Under the pieces are notes generated by a model that ran no database searches, had not been told where the DNA came from, and saw only the letters and a program-made list of their open reading frames with translations. DNA of 64,000 nucleotides from Blepharisma stoltei ATCC 30299. Its lineage: Eukaryota; Protista; Ciliophora. Where the stretch lies: contig CBFDEM010000052.1 in the NCBI GenBank assembly GCA_965603825.1, positions 186,001-250,000 of the forward strand, written 5' to 3'. The stretch's first letter is position 1, and each line of letters starts with the position of its first letter. Shown here piece after piece: positions 35,049 to 49,200 of the stretch. The translations under genes and the position numbers were made by a program.

Positions 35049-36758
35049 ATGCAAATTCGTATTCTTGAGGAAGAAAATCCTGAAATCAAAAGATCAAATA
35101 CTAGACGAGGAGCAATTTCTGATGAAAAGCCTTCAGAAGTCAGCCCAAAGCATCAACTTTTTCAGTCACGCTCAATTTCAATCAAAGTTGAGCCACTTCC
35201 AAGTGAGCTGAGCATCACTCTACCTGATGAAAATTTAATTCATCTTAAAAAGAAACAAAAAGTAATTTCTGCATTATCAGCCTTTTTAGCTGTTATGATA
35301 ATGCTGTTTAGCTATATTTCAGCTGAAACATATTTTTCAAATAACTATTCATTAACCAGCCAAGTCAATTCTTACCGTTTCATAATCATGATCTCTTCAT
35401 TTATACAAGATGCTTTGATTTTTTTTTACTATTCAAATCATCTAGAAATTAAAAAAGCTTATAAAGAAGTATGCAAAAGTACCACGATTTTTCAAGATCC
35501 CCACACTAAAAAGCAAATTATTTTAGAATTGCTTATCTCGGTACCTTTTATCCCACCTTTTATTCAGTGGAACACCAGATTTCACCAACTTAATACTTAT
35601 ACTACTCTTTCAATAGATGACGTTATTTTTAGTTACTCCTTTTTTAGGTTTACTCATATTATCAAATTTTTGTATGAAATTATACCATACAATAGTCCAA
35701 AAGCCAAATTTTATTGTTCTCTTCAAAACACCAAATTCACGATCAGTTTTACTTTAAAGTGCATCAACCATGCTGCACAATTTTGGTCTATTCTAATAGT
35801 ATCATGCCTTATAACATTCTTGTTTGGAACTCTGCTTCGGACCTATGAGCAAGGGGTACCTAATACCATGTTTGAGTATTTTTGAAACTCGCTGTGGACT
35901 ATTTGTATAACAGAAACAACAGTAGGATATGGAGACTATGTTCCTTTATCTCACATAGGGAGGCTAATTTCTGTTATAAGTGCAGTTTACGGCTTATTTA
36001 TGTACTCCATGATTATCATCACTGTTAACGACAAGGTAAGATTAGATGATAGAGAAATAGTCATTTACAAAAAAATGAAATATAAACATAAAATCGCAAA
36101 ATTTTTGAGGCCTATCTCAACTAAAGTAATACAGAAATGGTGGAGACTTATGCTGTCAAGGATAAAAGGGAAAGTCAGTTTTCAAGAAGTTGCTAGTTTT
36201 CATATAGAACTAAAGCATTTTAAATATAGAAAAGCTATTTTGCATAGCCAAGCATCTTCATCTTTAGAGGACCAGCTAGGCGATGTCGCAAAAACTGCAT
36301 ACTCAAAATTAACTATGATGAGAAATTATCTAATTCATGCAAGAAATTACCAACAAATGGGAGGAAAATTTGTAGCAAGCCAATACTCAAATTTGCATAA
36401 AATACGCTCATTCAGAGACAAACTTGAAAAAATGACAAATATAGATTCTAGTTTAAAGAAAAACCGAACAACAACTTATATTCCAAGGTCTAGTCGGGTA
36501 TCTTTTGCTAGTAGTGGAGAAGCAACTCCAAAAACCCCGAAAACGACTCTTTCAAAGGCACAGATGAAAATGCAGGGCGAACTCGCTGTCAAAAAAATGC
36601 TTCAAACAAGGATGGACTCCCATGGATCAAGAACTAGCTTTAGCTATGTCTCAAATAGCGCCTCAAGAAGAAGCTCTAATCTTTCTGTTTCGCATTCTTC
36701 TCGTAGAAGCTCAGCATCCCCTGGAGTAGAATCAGGGCCAGAATCGATGTATAATTAA
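35049..36758 (+). CDS. SK/KCa2-like potassium channel, 569 aa
   Basis: Several TM helices. Pore YF-W-NSLWTICITETTVGYGDYVP lies between two track ORFs. CaM-binding-like STKVIQKWWR. Confidence 0.88.
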
Positions 36759-36774
36759 AATAATAATTTTTACA

Positions 36775-39261
36775 TTAGCTCATAGACATTAAATAAACAT
36801 TTTTCCCTTTGACTTTGGTAATTGAAGACCCAGGTCTTGGCGGTGATGCAGAATTTGGGTTATTTCCATATTGTGAGAACTCTTCTTGGATATTTTTTAG
36901 CTTGAGAAATGGAGATAAGGAGCGGTCTTGCTGGATAGCACTTATTCGTTTTTGGAGGTATCCCCCTTTTTGTCTTGTAACTAAAGATATAGTTTTCCGC
37001 ATCCCCATACCATTTACATAAGTCAGCTCAGAAATTTGATTGATCAGTTTTTCACCAAGACGCTTGCTGGCAGAGTCTATTCGAGTTTCCTTTGGTTTTG
37101 TGTCTTCATTACCTCCTCCTAGTTTAGAGATCACATCTTGTAAGGACTTGTTATAAATCCTGCTTTGCACATGCTTGATTATATCCACAGTTTTAGAATA
37201 TTTCATAGACTGATCATTCTGGTTTGCATTTTCTCTATCAGTTTTCTGCGTCAAGTAATTTTGTTCTGGAGTTATAGATCTTAAGTCTTGGCTCTTAGCC
37301 TGTTTTCTTACATACTTTTCAGGGGTAAAGGCTTTTGCGTTTTCTATCATAGTTTCTAATGTTTTGTTTCTTAATTCCTTTCTTTTTTCCATTTCTACAA
37401 TAAACTTTTTTCTGACTTCATTATTTACCAAGGATTTCTCTTCCACCTTTCTCAGATTTTTCAAATTTTTTTTCCACCCAATCAAGCCTTTGTGATGAAT
37501 TGACCTGACTTCATTATTTAAGCTTCTAGTCAGCTCTTTTAAAGAATTTAAATTGATATCTTGGCTGCTTCTGATTTTATTACGATATCTTGTAAGATCT
37601 GGAGTTTCAGGACTTTTGTCGCTATCTGAATTATAAGAGAGCTCGCTTTCTGAGACTCTGCTAGAAGAAGAACCGCTAGATGAAGAACTTTTATTTGAGG
37701 ACTCTTCTTTATCAGATTTTTCAGGGATGTATTTATCGTCTCCGACACATTGCAACTCTCAGCTTGACTCATAAGAGTGACATCCAGCAGTATTTAGTGT
37801 ATAGGAATGGTGGACTTTATTTTCAATTGACGCTAGGTCAAATCGCTTTAATGTAAGGACTCGGATGTTTTTTTCTCAGTTTAGAGGATCTTCTTTGCGA
37901 TCTGATATATAAGCTTTCATTAAGCTGGTAAGACGATTTCTAGCGATACCTAGGCCTATTGCAATACTGTGAGGCTGAAATTTCTTTAATATAGTCGATT
38001 TCATATGGAGAAGGCGGTAAAGAACGTTATTATTCAGTCTGTAGTAGAAAGCTTTATTTGCATCTATATTTGTTTTTTTAAGCTGGCTAAGTCTTCTCAA
38101 AGAAACTTCTACAGCAAACCCAATATTATCGGCTTTTTCGCTGATTTTAATTTTGCTAACTCTTCTATTTGCTTTCTTGAATTTAATTAAAAATTGATTC
38201 TCTTTTGATTGCTCACACAAAATCTTTAGAAACCCTGAAATTGATTTTCCAAGTGAATATACCTGTCTTAGCCTTTCAAAAAACGTGCTTTTTCCTGACC
38301 CTTGATTCAAAATATTATGAATTGGCAGGCAGCTTTGATCAGAAGTTTGCAATTGTATAGGGAAATACATAATATAAGTATTCAATTTTGCCAGTTCTTC
38401 GTTGACCTTATTTTCTTGTTTCGTAATTTTATCAAGAAAAATCGCAAAATTATCATCATTAAATAGTAAAGCCTTAGTTACCCCAGGTATGTGGTTGAAA
38501 ATTTTAAGTTTTATATTGGCTTGGCTCATAATGGTCTGGAAAATATTTTCGACCTTTTCAAATGACAATTTCAAATAAAGCAAAACTTTTTGCAGGTTAT
38601 TTAAATTTGCAAGGACTTGTGAGTTATAATTAAAAACATCAAGCACATGCTGAGCGCTCTTTTTGCATATTTGAGATCCTCGCATCTGCATTTTAATACA
38701 ATTAAATGTGACATCCCCTTGGTCCTTGCACTCAAAAGAGTTAATAGAGTTACTGAACATTATTTTTGGAGTTTTGGAGATATTTTTGTCGAAAATTTCA
38801 TCAGTTTTTTCTTCTTTTCAAATTAGCTGGGAGTTTTGGATTTTGCATTCATTTGCGACTTCTTGGACTTTTAATGTCAGCTTTTCAGACTCCTCAGGAA
38901 TGAAATCATTTAATAGAAAATAAACTTTATTGGTATCACTTTGGCAAGAAATTAAAGATTTCCATGTTCTTTGTAGTTGCCCATCAATTTCTTTAGCAAG
39001 TGCATGAATAGTCATAAAGTTCCTAGTTAATCTAATATCTGCAGTAGACGATCTGTCTAGGGCTTCTTTAACTTGCCTTGTGTCGTTTTTACTCATTTCA
39101 GCAAAGACACGGTCACTTTCAGCAATCGTTAATAAAAAGTTCAATTCTTGCGAAAACTGACGGATTTGTAAAGCATAATCGTCAAATTGGGGCTGTATTT
39201 TCATTGCAATTGCATTAAATATAGAACAATCGCATGGGTTGTATTTTTGTTTTGATGCCAT
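36775..39261 (-). CDS. Hypothetical protein, 828 aa
   Basis: Three track ORFs share one frame, joined by TGA=W only. Confidence 0.7.
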
Positions 39262-39444
39262 ATGGACTGAAATCTAATTATTTCATCTTTAAAGAAGGAT
39301 TTAATTTTCATTAATTTAATTCTCTCTAAGTCCAAAGTTCTTTTATATTTTTCTTTCTTATGAAATAATAAGCTTTTGTTATAAATTATTTTTTTTAATC
39401 CAAATTTACCTTTATTCTATAGCAGAAATCTATTACATTGACTT

Positions 39445-42324
39445 TTATTTTAATCTATACATAAGTGCACTACATTTAGGCAAAAGTGTGGACAACATAC
39501 TCTGTATGCAAATAAATTTCGATTCTTCATCCATCAATCGATATCCAACCCATACTGAGTCAGAAACTGTAGGGTTTTTAACTTTTTTTGCTAAATTCAT
39601 AAGAACTTTTTCATATTCTTCACATGTTTGGCTTCAATCTGGGCGCTTAGACAGTCTTCATCTAAATTCTTCAATTTTTTCATCTATATGGCTTGATAAT
39701 TCTTGAAGGTGCCCAAGTGATCCTTTTTCATGGAAAATCTTTGCAAACTTATTGAGGCTTTCTATAGTAAAAACTTGGTGAGCCAATGTTAAATGTGAAA
39801 AATTGTCAAATGATAAGGCTTTTACCTCTTCTTCCTGTTCTCCTGTGAATAGCTCTGAAAATCTATTAAATAAATCTAGAGAGTGTTTATCTGTCATGTT
39901 AGTAGCCGAAATATGCCTGACAAGCAGCTGAAACTCGGTATACTCTAAAAATCCATCACCATTAAAATCTGCAGCTTCATATATGCATTTAATAAAATTC
40001 ATTCTAACCTCCCTCTTTTTTTCTATCCTGTCTATAATTTGTTCATAGTAAGCATCAAAATCTACATATGCTTGTTTGTCAGGCTGCCTTATTTTTTCAA
40101 TATCTTTTTTCAGCCCGTCATTTTCTTCTAGGCTGAGTTTATTTCAAAATGTCTTATGGTACTCTACAGCTTTTTCATATGGAATATATAAGTTTTCTGC
40201 TCAGTCAGCTTGTATATCTTTATATACTCCAGCCCTCATAAAGTTGAGACAGTCTGCATAAATCATTAAGTCGTCATCAGTTAAATCATCATATAATCTC
40301 AAAAATCTACCAAAAATATAAATTCGTTTTATGGATTTATATTTGATACAAGACGACAAAAGCTGCTGATATTTAGTTTCCACCACTTTTGGCATCCCAT
40401 ATTTATGATTAAAAGCGTCAATCACAATATCCGGCATATGTATAGTTTTCGTTTCAGGGTCTATTTTCTTCATAACTGCTACATCATAAAATTGTGTTAT
40501 AAATCTAAGGAGCATTTTCTTAATCATAATTCTTTTTAGCTTGTACACTGGAGTATTAAGAACTTTATACGTAATTTGCCGAGCCACATTATTTTGTGCT
40601 GAAAGTTTTTTGATTGCCCTAACCTTTTGAATAGTTGTATAGAGCCGACCTCTTCTTCTTATCGGCTCTGTTTGGGCTTCAACTGGTTTTGGAGCAATTT
40701 GGGCATCTAATTGTTCATGTCCTTTTGTAATTGCTTTTGAAATTGATTTAAGTAAAGATTGAGCTAGAGTGCTGTCTTGGGTATTTGCGATAAAATTTTC
40801 TCGCATCTTGATGATTAAGCTATTTACTTGGTCAATTTTGTCTTGAAAAGTCAAAACGAATTCTTTTTGCTCTTCTGAAATTTTGCCTTGTTTTTCAAGC
40901 TGCGAGAGCATATCGTCATCACTTTCCTCTTCTTCCTCATCTTCTTCATAAATTACGTGCCTTTGTTGGGCAATTAAGTCTACAAGTTTGAAGTTTGATG
41001 CTTTTCTTTCTTCTTTATGAGGAGCTGCTAGTTTTATATATTTTTCTCCTATTGATTCTCCACATAAGTCAACTACATCAGTTTGCTGCTCAGCTTCATT
41101 TACTAAAATGACAGGGGCGTCTATTTCTTGATCTCTGAAATCTGGCCTTGAAAACAGCTCAGCTTCAAAATCGTGATTTTTTTCTATGCTTTCAATAATT
41201 TTTTCAGTCTCTCCAAATTCAACTAAGCTAACCTTGCTAACCAAAGGGTCTCTTCTTAAAATTTCATCAATATCATCTGCTTTTTTTCTTCTGATTTTCA
41301 AAACTTTTTTAGGTCTCATCTCAATCACCCCATCTGGTTTTTCAATGAAATCGACATCTGTATTATTTAATTTTGCTTCCAAAACTCTATTATCTTCTTT
41401 TAAATATAAAATTTCTTTTTTTGCATTTTCATACTGCTTTTGCAGTATTTCTAGCTTTCTAATGATTTTCTCTTCTCTTCTTGTCATTTTATCTGATTCA
41501 TCCCCTTTAATTTTTATAAGCCTTAATAATTTTTCGTTTTCAATATAAAGTTTATCCTTTTCTTTTAAAATCCTGGTTTTTTCAACTAAATGTCGGGCAT
41601 TTATTTCTTCTTTTTCATGTAAAAATTCTTGGGATTGCATTAAAAGTTTTACATTTACAATTCTTAAAGCTCTTTCAAGTATTCCTAGATAGGCTTTTCA
41701 GACTCTATTTATTAGCTCTCCTCTTTCGACACATTGCACACTTACTTGTCTTACAATTTCATGAAAGCATACATTATAAATCAAAAGCGCTCCTTCAAAA
41801 AGTTGCTCAATATCCTCATTTTGCTCTGACAAAACTTGTTTAAGCATCATATCTAGCCAGTCAGCTAGAGCATGGACATCTCTTCTTCTCACTGGCCGCC
41901 CTAATTCCAATCTATCTGTTTCTTCGGTTTCATAAATTTTAATATTATCACTTACAACTTCTTTCAATTTATCAATAGATGTAGGCAGTTTCATAGCTTT
42001 GGTGCTTTTTAAAAACCCCAGAGTTTCCATTAAATCAGCCATTTCTTCACGATTTCCTTTATTTTTATATGATGGGCTTCTCTCTCCGTCGATAATTTTG
42101 TCTGATTTGATTCGTTCACGGTTTAATTTAGCATTAGCAATGTCTGCCATCATTTTTGTTTTTAATGCGATAGGAGTGATTGCTAGTTTTAGGGATCTTG
42201 GGCTTGAAAGATCTGGGAGAGTCGGAGATTGAGGTATATAATGTCTATCAAAAATTTCACCAAATTCACCTTGTGGAGTAGAAGTGTGTGTTCTTGATGT
42301 CATGGGCAGCTTTTTGTGCATCAT
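39445..42324 (-). CDS. Axonemal dynein light chain (p28-like) domain + coiled coil + EF-hand protein, 959 aa
   Basis: YNVCFHEIVRQVSVQCVERGELINRV-W and EF-hand ADFNGDGFLEYTEF. One frame through several TGA=W to TAA at 39445. Confidence 0.7.
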
Positions 42325-42669
42325 TTGATCTATTTGTAAATAAAATTATCATATTTTTTTATTCATGACTCTTATGGATATGTCAATTATCAATTAGGAA
42401 AATAACCATTTTAAAGATAATGACACAAATGATAATGATTATTTTTGAATTTTATAAATATATATAACTATAAATATTGATAAATTTATAAACAAGAGAC
42501 TAACGATCTTTAATTATGTCTCAATAGCTTTAAATATTAAACTTTAGGATTTTTTTAAAAGCAATGATTAAATTTTGATTATTTGTAGTAGGTAGCTAAA
42601 ACTGATGTCTGCTATCTAAATGAAAGCTTGAAGTAAAATTAATGTGACAGTTGAAAATATAAATTAAAA

Positions 42670-43335
42670 ATGAAGACAAATAGAAGAGCATTAAGTAACT
42701 TTTATTAAGGTGAGTTTTCCCATCGAGATAGTTTTTTAAATCCGAAAATCGTAGATCCGTTATCAGTTAGAAAATCAAGAAAAAGAGTGAGTACTCCCGA
42801 GCAGTATAAATTTTCCCCATCAAGCAAAGGAATAGGACTATTTAGTCCATTAAGTCCCGAGACTTTGTCCCTTTCTTCAAGCCGTAGGTCTGGTATAAGA
42901 ACCTATACTCCTCCTCCCCGCAATACAGAGATTCAAACTGCACATATAAAAATTTACAAGGTGGAAAAAACCGATCCCATATCACATAGTAACTCAAATT
43001 CACCAAATTCAACCCCTAGAAAAATGCGAGAATTTGCTCCCTCTGAAGAATTAGTGAAATTCAATAACAAAAAAAGTCATATAAATATCCCGATTAGAGG
43101 CAGGAGTCCTGAAATTAAGCCGAAAATTGAAAAAAAGAAGCATAAAGTGTCACGATATATTCCTACACAAATAAAGCTGCTACTGGAAAATACCTTAAAT
43201 GACATAAAATATCCAAATTTGACTCCAAAGCCTCAGCACATAGAATTTGAAAAAGATAATCAATACTCACACACAAAAGGAATGGCAGAAGTGTATAGAC
43301 AAAGATCGATAGTAACCAAAATAATGTTCGGATAA
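42670..43335 (+). CDS. Ser/Pro/Arg-rich hypothetical protein; 1 intron
   Basis: ATG 42670 is in frame after removal of the 15-nt intron at 42695-42709. Confidence 0.6.
42695..42709 (+). other. 15-nt intron (AAG acceptor)
   Basis: gtaacttttattaag, in-frame TAA, A at -6. Confidence 0.7.
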
Positions 43336-43547
43336 GAAAAAATCTCATAATAATCAATAGTTTGCAGTCATAATTTCATCAAATAAATAGTAAATTTAAT
43401 GTATATAGATAACAAATTTGATATTAAGTAAGAAAAAGTTTTTTATTGCAAATTTCAATTTTTAAAATCTAATTAATTTAAATCTTACTTATATTTAATC
43501 GAGATTCTATATTATCATGCTAATCTATGATGTTTATACTTATCAAT

Positions 43548-46061
43548 ATGTCAAATTATAGAAAGTGCGAGTTCTGTAATGAGTCCATCTATGATTTTGC
43601 TTACCACCAAAGAACCTGCAGAGTGAAAAATAAAAGAGCATCTAAAGATACAGATATTCCAATGCAAACCAAAGTTTATTTCAGGAACAAAAGAGGTGAA
43701 GATTCTGCTGCTGTGAATACAGCACTTTATACCTTGTAAAAATTACTTAGGTGCTATATAAAGCCTCTATTTCAAAACATAATTAAAGGGTATTCTGGCT
43801 GCCGTGAACATCAAGAAGGCTACGTCTGCCTATCATGTGCTATGAAAAGAATTTTTGAAGAATTCAGCATTAAATCCAATGCTTCAGGAGATCAAGGAGT
43901 TGCTTACGAAGTCGACGTGTCAGATTTTTACAATGAGATATCAAATATCACTGATTCTGTCATTGGCGAAAAGACTCCTCCTTTTGAAGTAATGTTTGTA
44001 ATTACAGAGACCTTAAACATTTTGCATCACATTTATGTCCAAACAGATGCTGATGAAAACAATCCTGCAACAACAATCCTCTGCAAGGAAACATGCCCAG
44101 GCCACCAGGTTTGTGACTTTCGTCTAAAAGAAATAATGAAATGCCAGTGCCTAAAGACCTTTTCTTATACCTGGAATTATTCAGAATTCTCATACCCAAC
44201 CTATATTTTGAATATAATAGAACAGCTCCCAGCTGAATCCTCAAAACTATTTTTTGGAGTCCCAAAATACAGGCTTATGGACCATTCAGCCTCCTCTTCA
44301 ATTCTTCCGCTCCTAAAGAAAATGCCTTCTTTTATGAGATATCAATGGGAAAGCATAGATGCAAACGAATGTGAAGATGAAAATTGTGAAATTAAAATAA
44401 GTAAGCGTAAAGCTGAATTAATATCGAATCCTCCTCAATGCTTTCTGTCAAGTATTATATGGGAAAAAGAAAAAGAGTTAGATAGCGTGGAGTCATTACA
44501 AGTTTTATCGTCAATAGCGAACAATTTAGCATTAAGTGAAATTTTTGAAACACCTTCAAGAGATAATTATCAGCTGAGTTACTTAATTTTTTATAGAGAA
44601 AAAAGCTGCATTCTTGTTATTAAACGTGAAAATGATCAATGGGAATTTATAGAAGGAAATAGAAAAAATATAATCGTGAAATGGGAAAAGGTGATTGAAG
44701 AAGTTTTGATTAAAAATTTACGCCTTGCTGGATTGGCTTATGTAGCTTCTGAAGTAGGTGGAGGGCTTGAATTGTCTCAATTGAAATGGTTGAATTTAGA
44801 GAAATTGGCTGTTGAAGACAAAGTATATAAAGAACAGCATAAAGGAGATGTAGATCTGACTGAAGTAAAGACTAATGCAAAAATCATCAATAAGCCACAA
44901 CAGGAAGTCATTAATTATGAAAATCTTGATAAAGATGAGTACGTAGATTTAAGTGAAGAAATACAAAAAATAACTAACCAAGATTTAGAAATTGTCAAGC
45001 CAAAAGAAACAAAAAATCCATTTACAAATTCAGTGAAAACTGATTATCAAGATATAATTGAAAAATATGGAATCGCATTTGAAGAAGAGAAAAAACAAAA
45101 TAATCTGGGAATGAAGAATTTAACAATAGGAGAAATGAAAAAAGAAGATCAATTTTTGGAACTGAGAAGGCCGAAACTTGAAAAGGAGACACCAAAAGAA
45201 AAAAAATGGTATTTGGATGATTTAAGAGAAGAAGAAAAGAAAAATTCTTGAAAATGCCCCTGTGGAGCAGATAATGAGGAATCATGGGAAGTGTGCGTAA
45301 AATGCAATAAAATAAAAGAAGGATCAGGAGGATGGGCTTGCAAATTTTGTACAGCTATTAATTATAATAAGTATAGCAATAGATGCAATGTATGCTTTGA
45401 GAATCAATTAGCTGAACAACCCCTTGTAAATGATTACTGAAATTGCACTCTCTGTGGCACTGTGAACGTCTCTTCTTATAATTTATGTTCAAATTGTCAG
45501 GAATTAAAAACAACAGATAAATGGAAATGCGACACTTGCTCGAAGGTAAATTATAGCTGAGACAAAGAATGTATAAGCTGCTCAATTAATCAGCGTATGC
45601 GTTTATCAAATAAAGCCCCATTGCGACGAGAAATAATAGATTTTAATTGCATGAGTTGTAAATCAAAAATTAAATCCGACAATTATAAGTATTGCTGGCC
45701 TTGCAAAAGAGCAACAGATAACTGTGAACACTCAGAATACCCAGGGAATTATATTTGCAGAGATTGCCAAAAACAAATTTGGCGTTGCACAAAATGCAGG
45801 ACTGAAAACCTTCCTAAAAAAATAGAATGTGAAAAATGTATGAAGAGCAAACAGGAAGAAAGAAAAGAAGACATTGATGTAAGTTCATGCTCAGGCTGCT
45901 ATAAAAAACCATTATATATAAAGTATTGTCATAAGTGCCTCAAAATGGATATTTCATGCACCTGCCCAAGGACAATTAGCAAAAGATATTTATGCAGCAG
46001 TTGCAGATTAAAAGCAGAGCCAGAGCCAGTACCAGTGAGTAGATATAAAAGATTTCAATAA
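43548..46061 (+). CDS. USP53/54-like ubiquitin-specific protease homologue, predicted inactive, with RanBP2-type zinc fingers; 1 intron
   Basis: FRNKRGEDSAAVNTALYTL...CLSCAMKRIF, CPGHQV...KC, PPQCFLSSIIW, then W-x-C-x(1-2)-C...N...CxxC repeats. Alternative start at 43527. Confidence 0.7.
43736..43750 (+). other. 15-nt intron
   Basis: gtaaaaattacttag, phase 2, in-frame TAA. Confidence 0.85.
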
Positions 46062-46282
46062 ATAAACTAAATGCATGCTGATAAATTTTATAATGCTTGA
46101 TTCTGATATTTGTATTATTTAAGCTGAAATAAATTGTCTAAAAATTTTCGCATCATATGGCATAATTTCTATTCAATATAATGAGAAATTCCACATAATT
46201 TATCTTCAAATTTCAGAGGTTTTAGAATCTTTGTAATGATCTATATAAATCTCACAACTGATTTATAAAATAAGCAGAAAAA

Positions 46283-49200
46283 ATGACTCAAGATTTTGAA
46301 AGCGAAATAAGAAAAGGTAATAACTCATCTCTGGGCGGCTTAATGGTTCCTGAAGACATTGAGTGAGCTTCATTAGCATCATCTTTATCAACTCCTTTAT
46401 TAGTTCCTTTACGTACAAAATTTCACTCAGCAAATCCAAAAGAGCTCCCAGGATGAAGAGGCGAAAGACCTCAGATTCAGGACGAAGAATCTGATTTATC
46501 AATACGGTCTCGCTCTCCACCTTTTGTCAACAGCAAAAGAGAATGAAATGCATCTCCCATGTACCCTCGTCACGAAAAATCAAAAAGACTGCTAGAAGTT
46601 CCACTTCTGCTGCCAAAAATAAAATCCAAACCTGAATTAATTGCTCTTCGTCCATTTTCCCACGAAATGAGAGGAGTAGACGAGGATTTTGCATCAAAAG
46701 CATCATCTCCGTTTGATATAAAACCCCAAGAACTAAGAAAAACTCAAAACAGTGCTTTAGAAACCCAAAGCACCCTCGAAGCAACTCTTCCTCCTATCAA
46801 AAATTCTACATATGGTTTCAGCTTGAAACGGCCATCAAGCAAAGGGCTGATTTCTCTCGAAGTAAATGAAGAAAAAGATCCAATTATTTATACCGAATCT
46901 TTAGGAATTCAAAATCTAACTCTTAATAACGAAGATAGGAAGCTCCAATTTGGCCAAAATTCTGCTGCAAATCCTTTTAAAACGCAATTTACTACGACTG
47001 TTTCATCAAAAACTGATCCTTCGACAGGAAAAAATGAAATAAAAAAATCTCAAAAATTATCTTATGGGCCTATTCCAGAAGATGAAGAACAGTCCCCAAC
47101 GCCATACTCGCAGCCTGATTTAAAAGTACTTCCTAGCTCTCCTCAAGAGCATAAGCTACCATATCCGGACAATCCTAGACTTATGGAAATATATAAACAA
47201 TCACCTGAGCTGAAGCTTGATAAAAATATAAAAATTCGAAGAAGCTCAGATTCTCAAACGACATTTAGAAAAGATGAGGTTGAAGAATTCAAACAAGAAA
47301 TGTTCAAAGAACTGTTTTTTGCAGCTCCAGCTGATAGAAAATCATCAGCTAAGCTGACACCTTCAAATAAGAAAACTCTTCTCCATACTTTTCTCAAAGC
47401 TTTAATCACAGGAGAAATTCGAAATCGGGCAGAAGCTCAAGAATTTATTGATAATGAGCTGAGCAGAGGTGTTGTAATTGTAAAACAATCTCGTGGGAAT
47501 TCAAGCTCAAGCTCAGCTACAAGGTTTGTTTTATCACCTAACTCTGATATAGAGCGGACATTATCTCCTGAAAGAAGCCAAAATATCATTATCCAGCCCC
47601 ATCAGCCTTCAGAAATTGAAGAAAACTCTATAAGAGAAAGCCCAAGGAAAACTGTAATAAAAACTCCAACTAAAGCTGAAATAATAATCCCTGCATCTGA
47701 GCTAAAACTTAAGCCAAATTTTGCTGATCTCAATAAAATCGAATATGAAAATGAAGAATCAGACTCAGAAATTGACATCAATATAAACAGCAGCTTTCAT
47801 AATGAAATTCAAAACAATTCTTTAGAAGAAAGGCAGCCTTCACCTCAGAATAGGCAAAGATCTTCAAGCTTTTCTGGCAAAAAACAACGTGAAAATACTT
47901 ATAAAAGCATTAAGGATGAAATTACATTAATACCGTCTGCAGAAAGAGAAGAAAAAATTTCTCCACGGCAAGAAGAAGGAGAATCATTAATAAGCAAAGC
48001 AAGAAGATTAAAAGAAAAATGAGCAGAAGAAGACAGGAAGAAAACAATTACCAAAGAAATACATAAAGCAAAAGAAGAGTATGAGGAAGTTGAAGAAAAG
48101 GAAATTGTATATGATAATGAAACAGGAGAAATGATTGAAAAAATTATTAAAAAAGCAAGATTAAGGAGGGAGGAGACAAAGCGAGAAGAAGAAAAAAAGG
48201 CCGAAGGAAAAAAAATCGCAGAGGAAGCCAAAAAAGAGAAATCTAAGCTTGAATTTTTAGAAGCCCCTAATCCTGATTTAGGAAGAGCACAATCTGAATT
48301 TTTGAGCCCAAAAAGAAAAGACTCATTTAATCCTGCTCCAGAAAGAAGACTTAGCGCCGACATCAGAACTGATACTAACGAAAAAAAGTCTCAAAAAACT
48401 TCGAAAAAAATAAAAAAATCATCTAAATCGCCTGCAGACACTTCTCTATCAAAATCTCCACCTTTATCTAGAGTCCCTTCATTAAAGAAGTCGCCTTCTA
48501 CGTCTAAAGCTCCATCACCTATGCCTCAAGGAAAATTGAAAAAAAATAAAAAGAAAAATAAAAAGCAAAAGCAAAAAAACAAAGAGCAAGTTGAAAAAGA
48601 AAATGAAGAAGGCAAAGCGTTAATTTCTGAATGGTCTGAAAACATGGAAATTCAGCCATTGCAGCTGAATGAAAAAATTGATAAAGATGAGTCTCCAACT
48701 TTAGAAGGAGAAGCTCCAAAAACAAATAGAAGTAAGAAATCTGTGGAAAGCCAAAAAACAGTAAAAAGCGAAAAAGGCAATGCAAGTCCTAGAAAAACTG
48801 ATTCAAAAGCGAGGATTTCGAGAGAAAGTGCGAAAAATACAGAAAATGCTAAGATATCAAAAGCGGGATCTAATAGCCCAAGTCCAGCTCGAGATCGAAC
48901 GCCTTTAGATGAAAATGGCAGCCCAATTATTAAAGAGAAAAGAAAAACCATTATAAAAAAAAGTGAGAGCCCACCAAAAGATATAAAGCCAACCCCAAGG
49001 ATGAAGCCAATGGACCGCTTTGTTCGAAACTTTTCAAAAAGTCTTTTGCAAACTGTTTCAATCATGGTTATAACCCTCAAAAATGAGCTACAAAAAGCTG
49101 AGCCACTTCTGGAAAATGTTGACCCCTATGAGATTGTCGCAAGAAGAAAAAAAATTACTCGAAAAATAAACAAAATCAGAAAAAAGACCCGAATTGAGCT

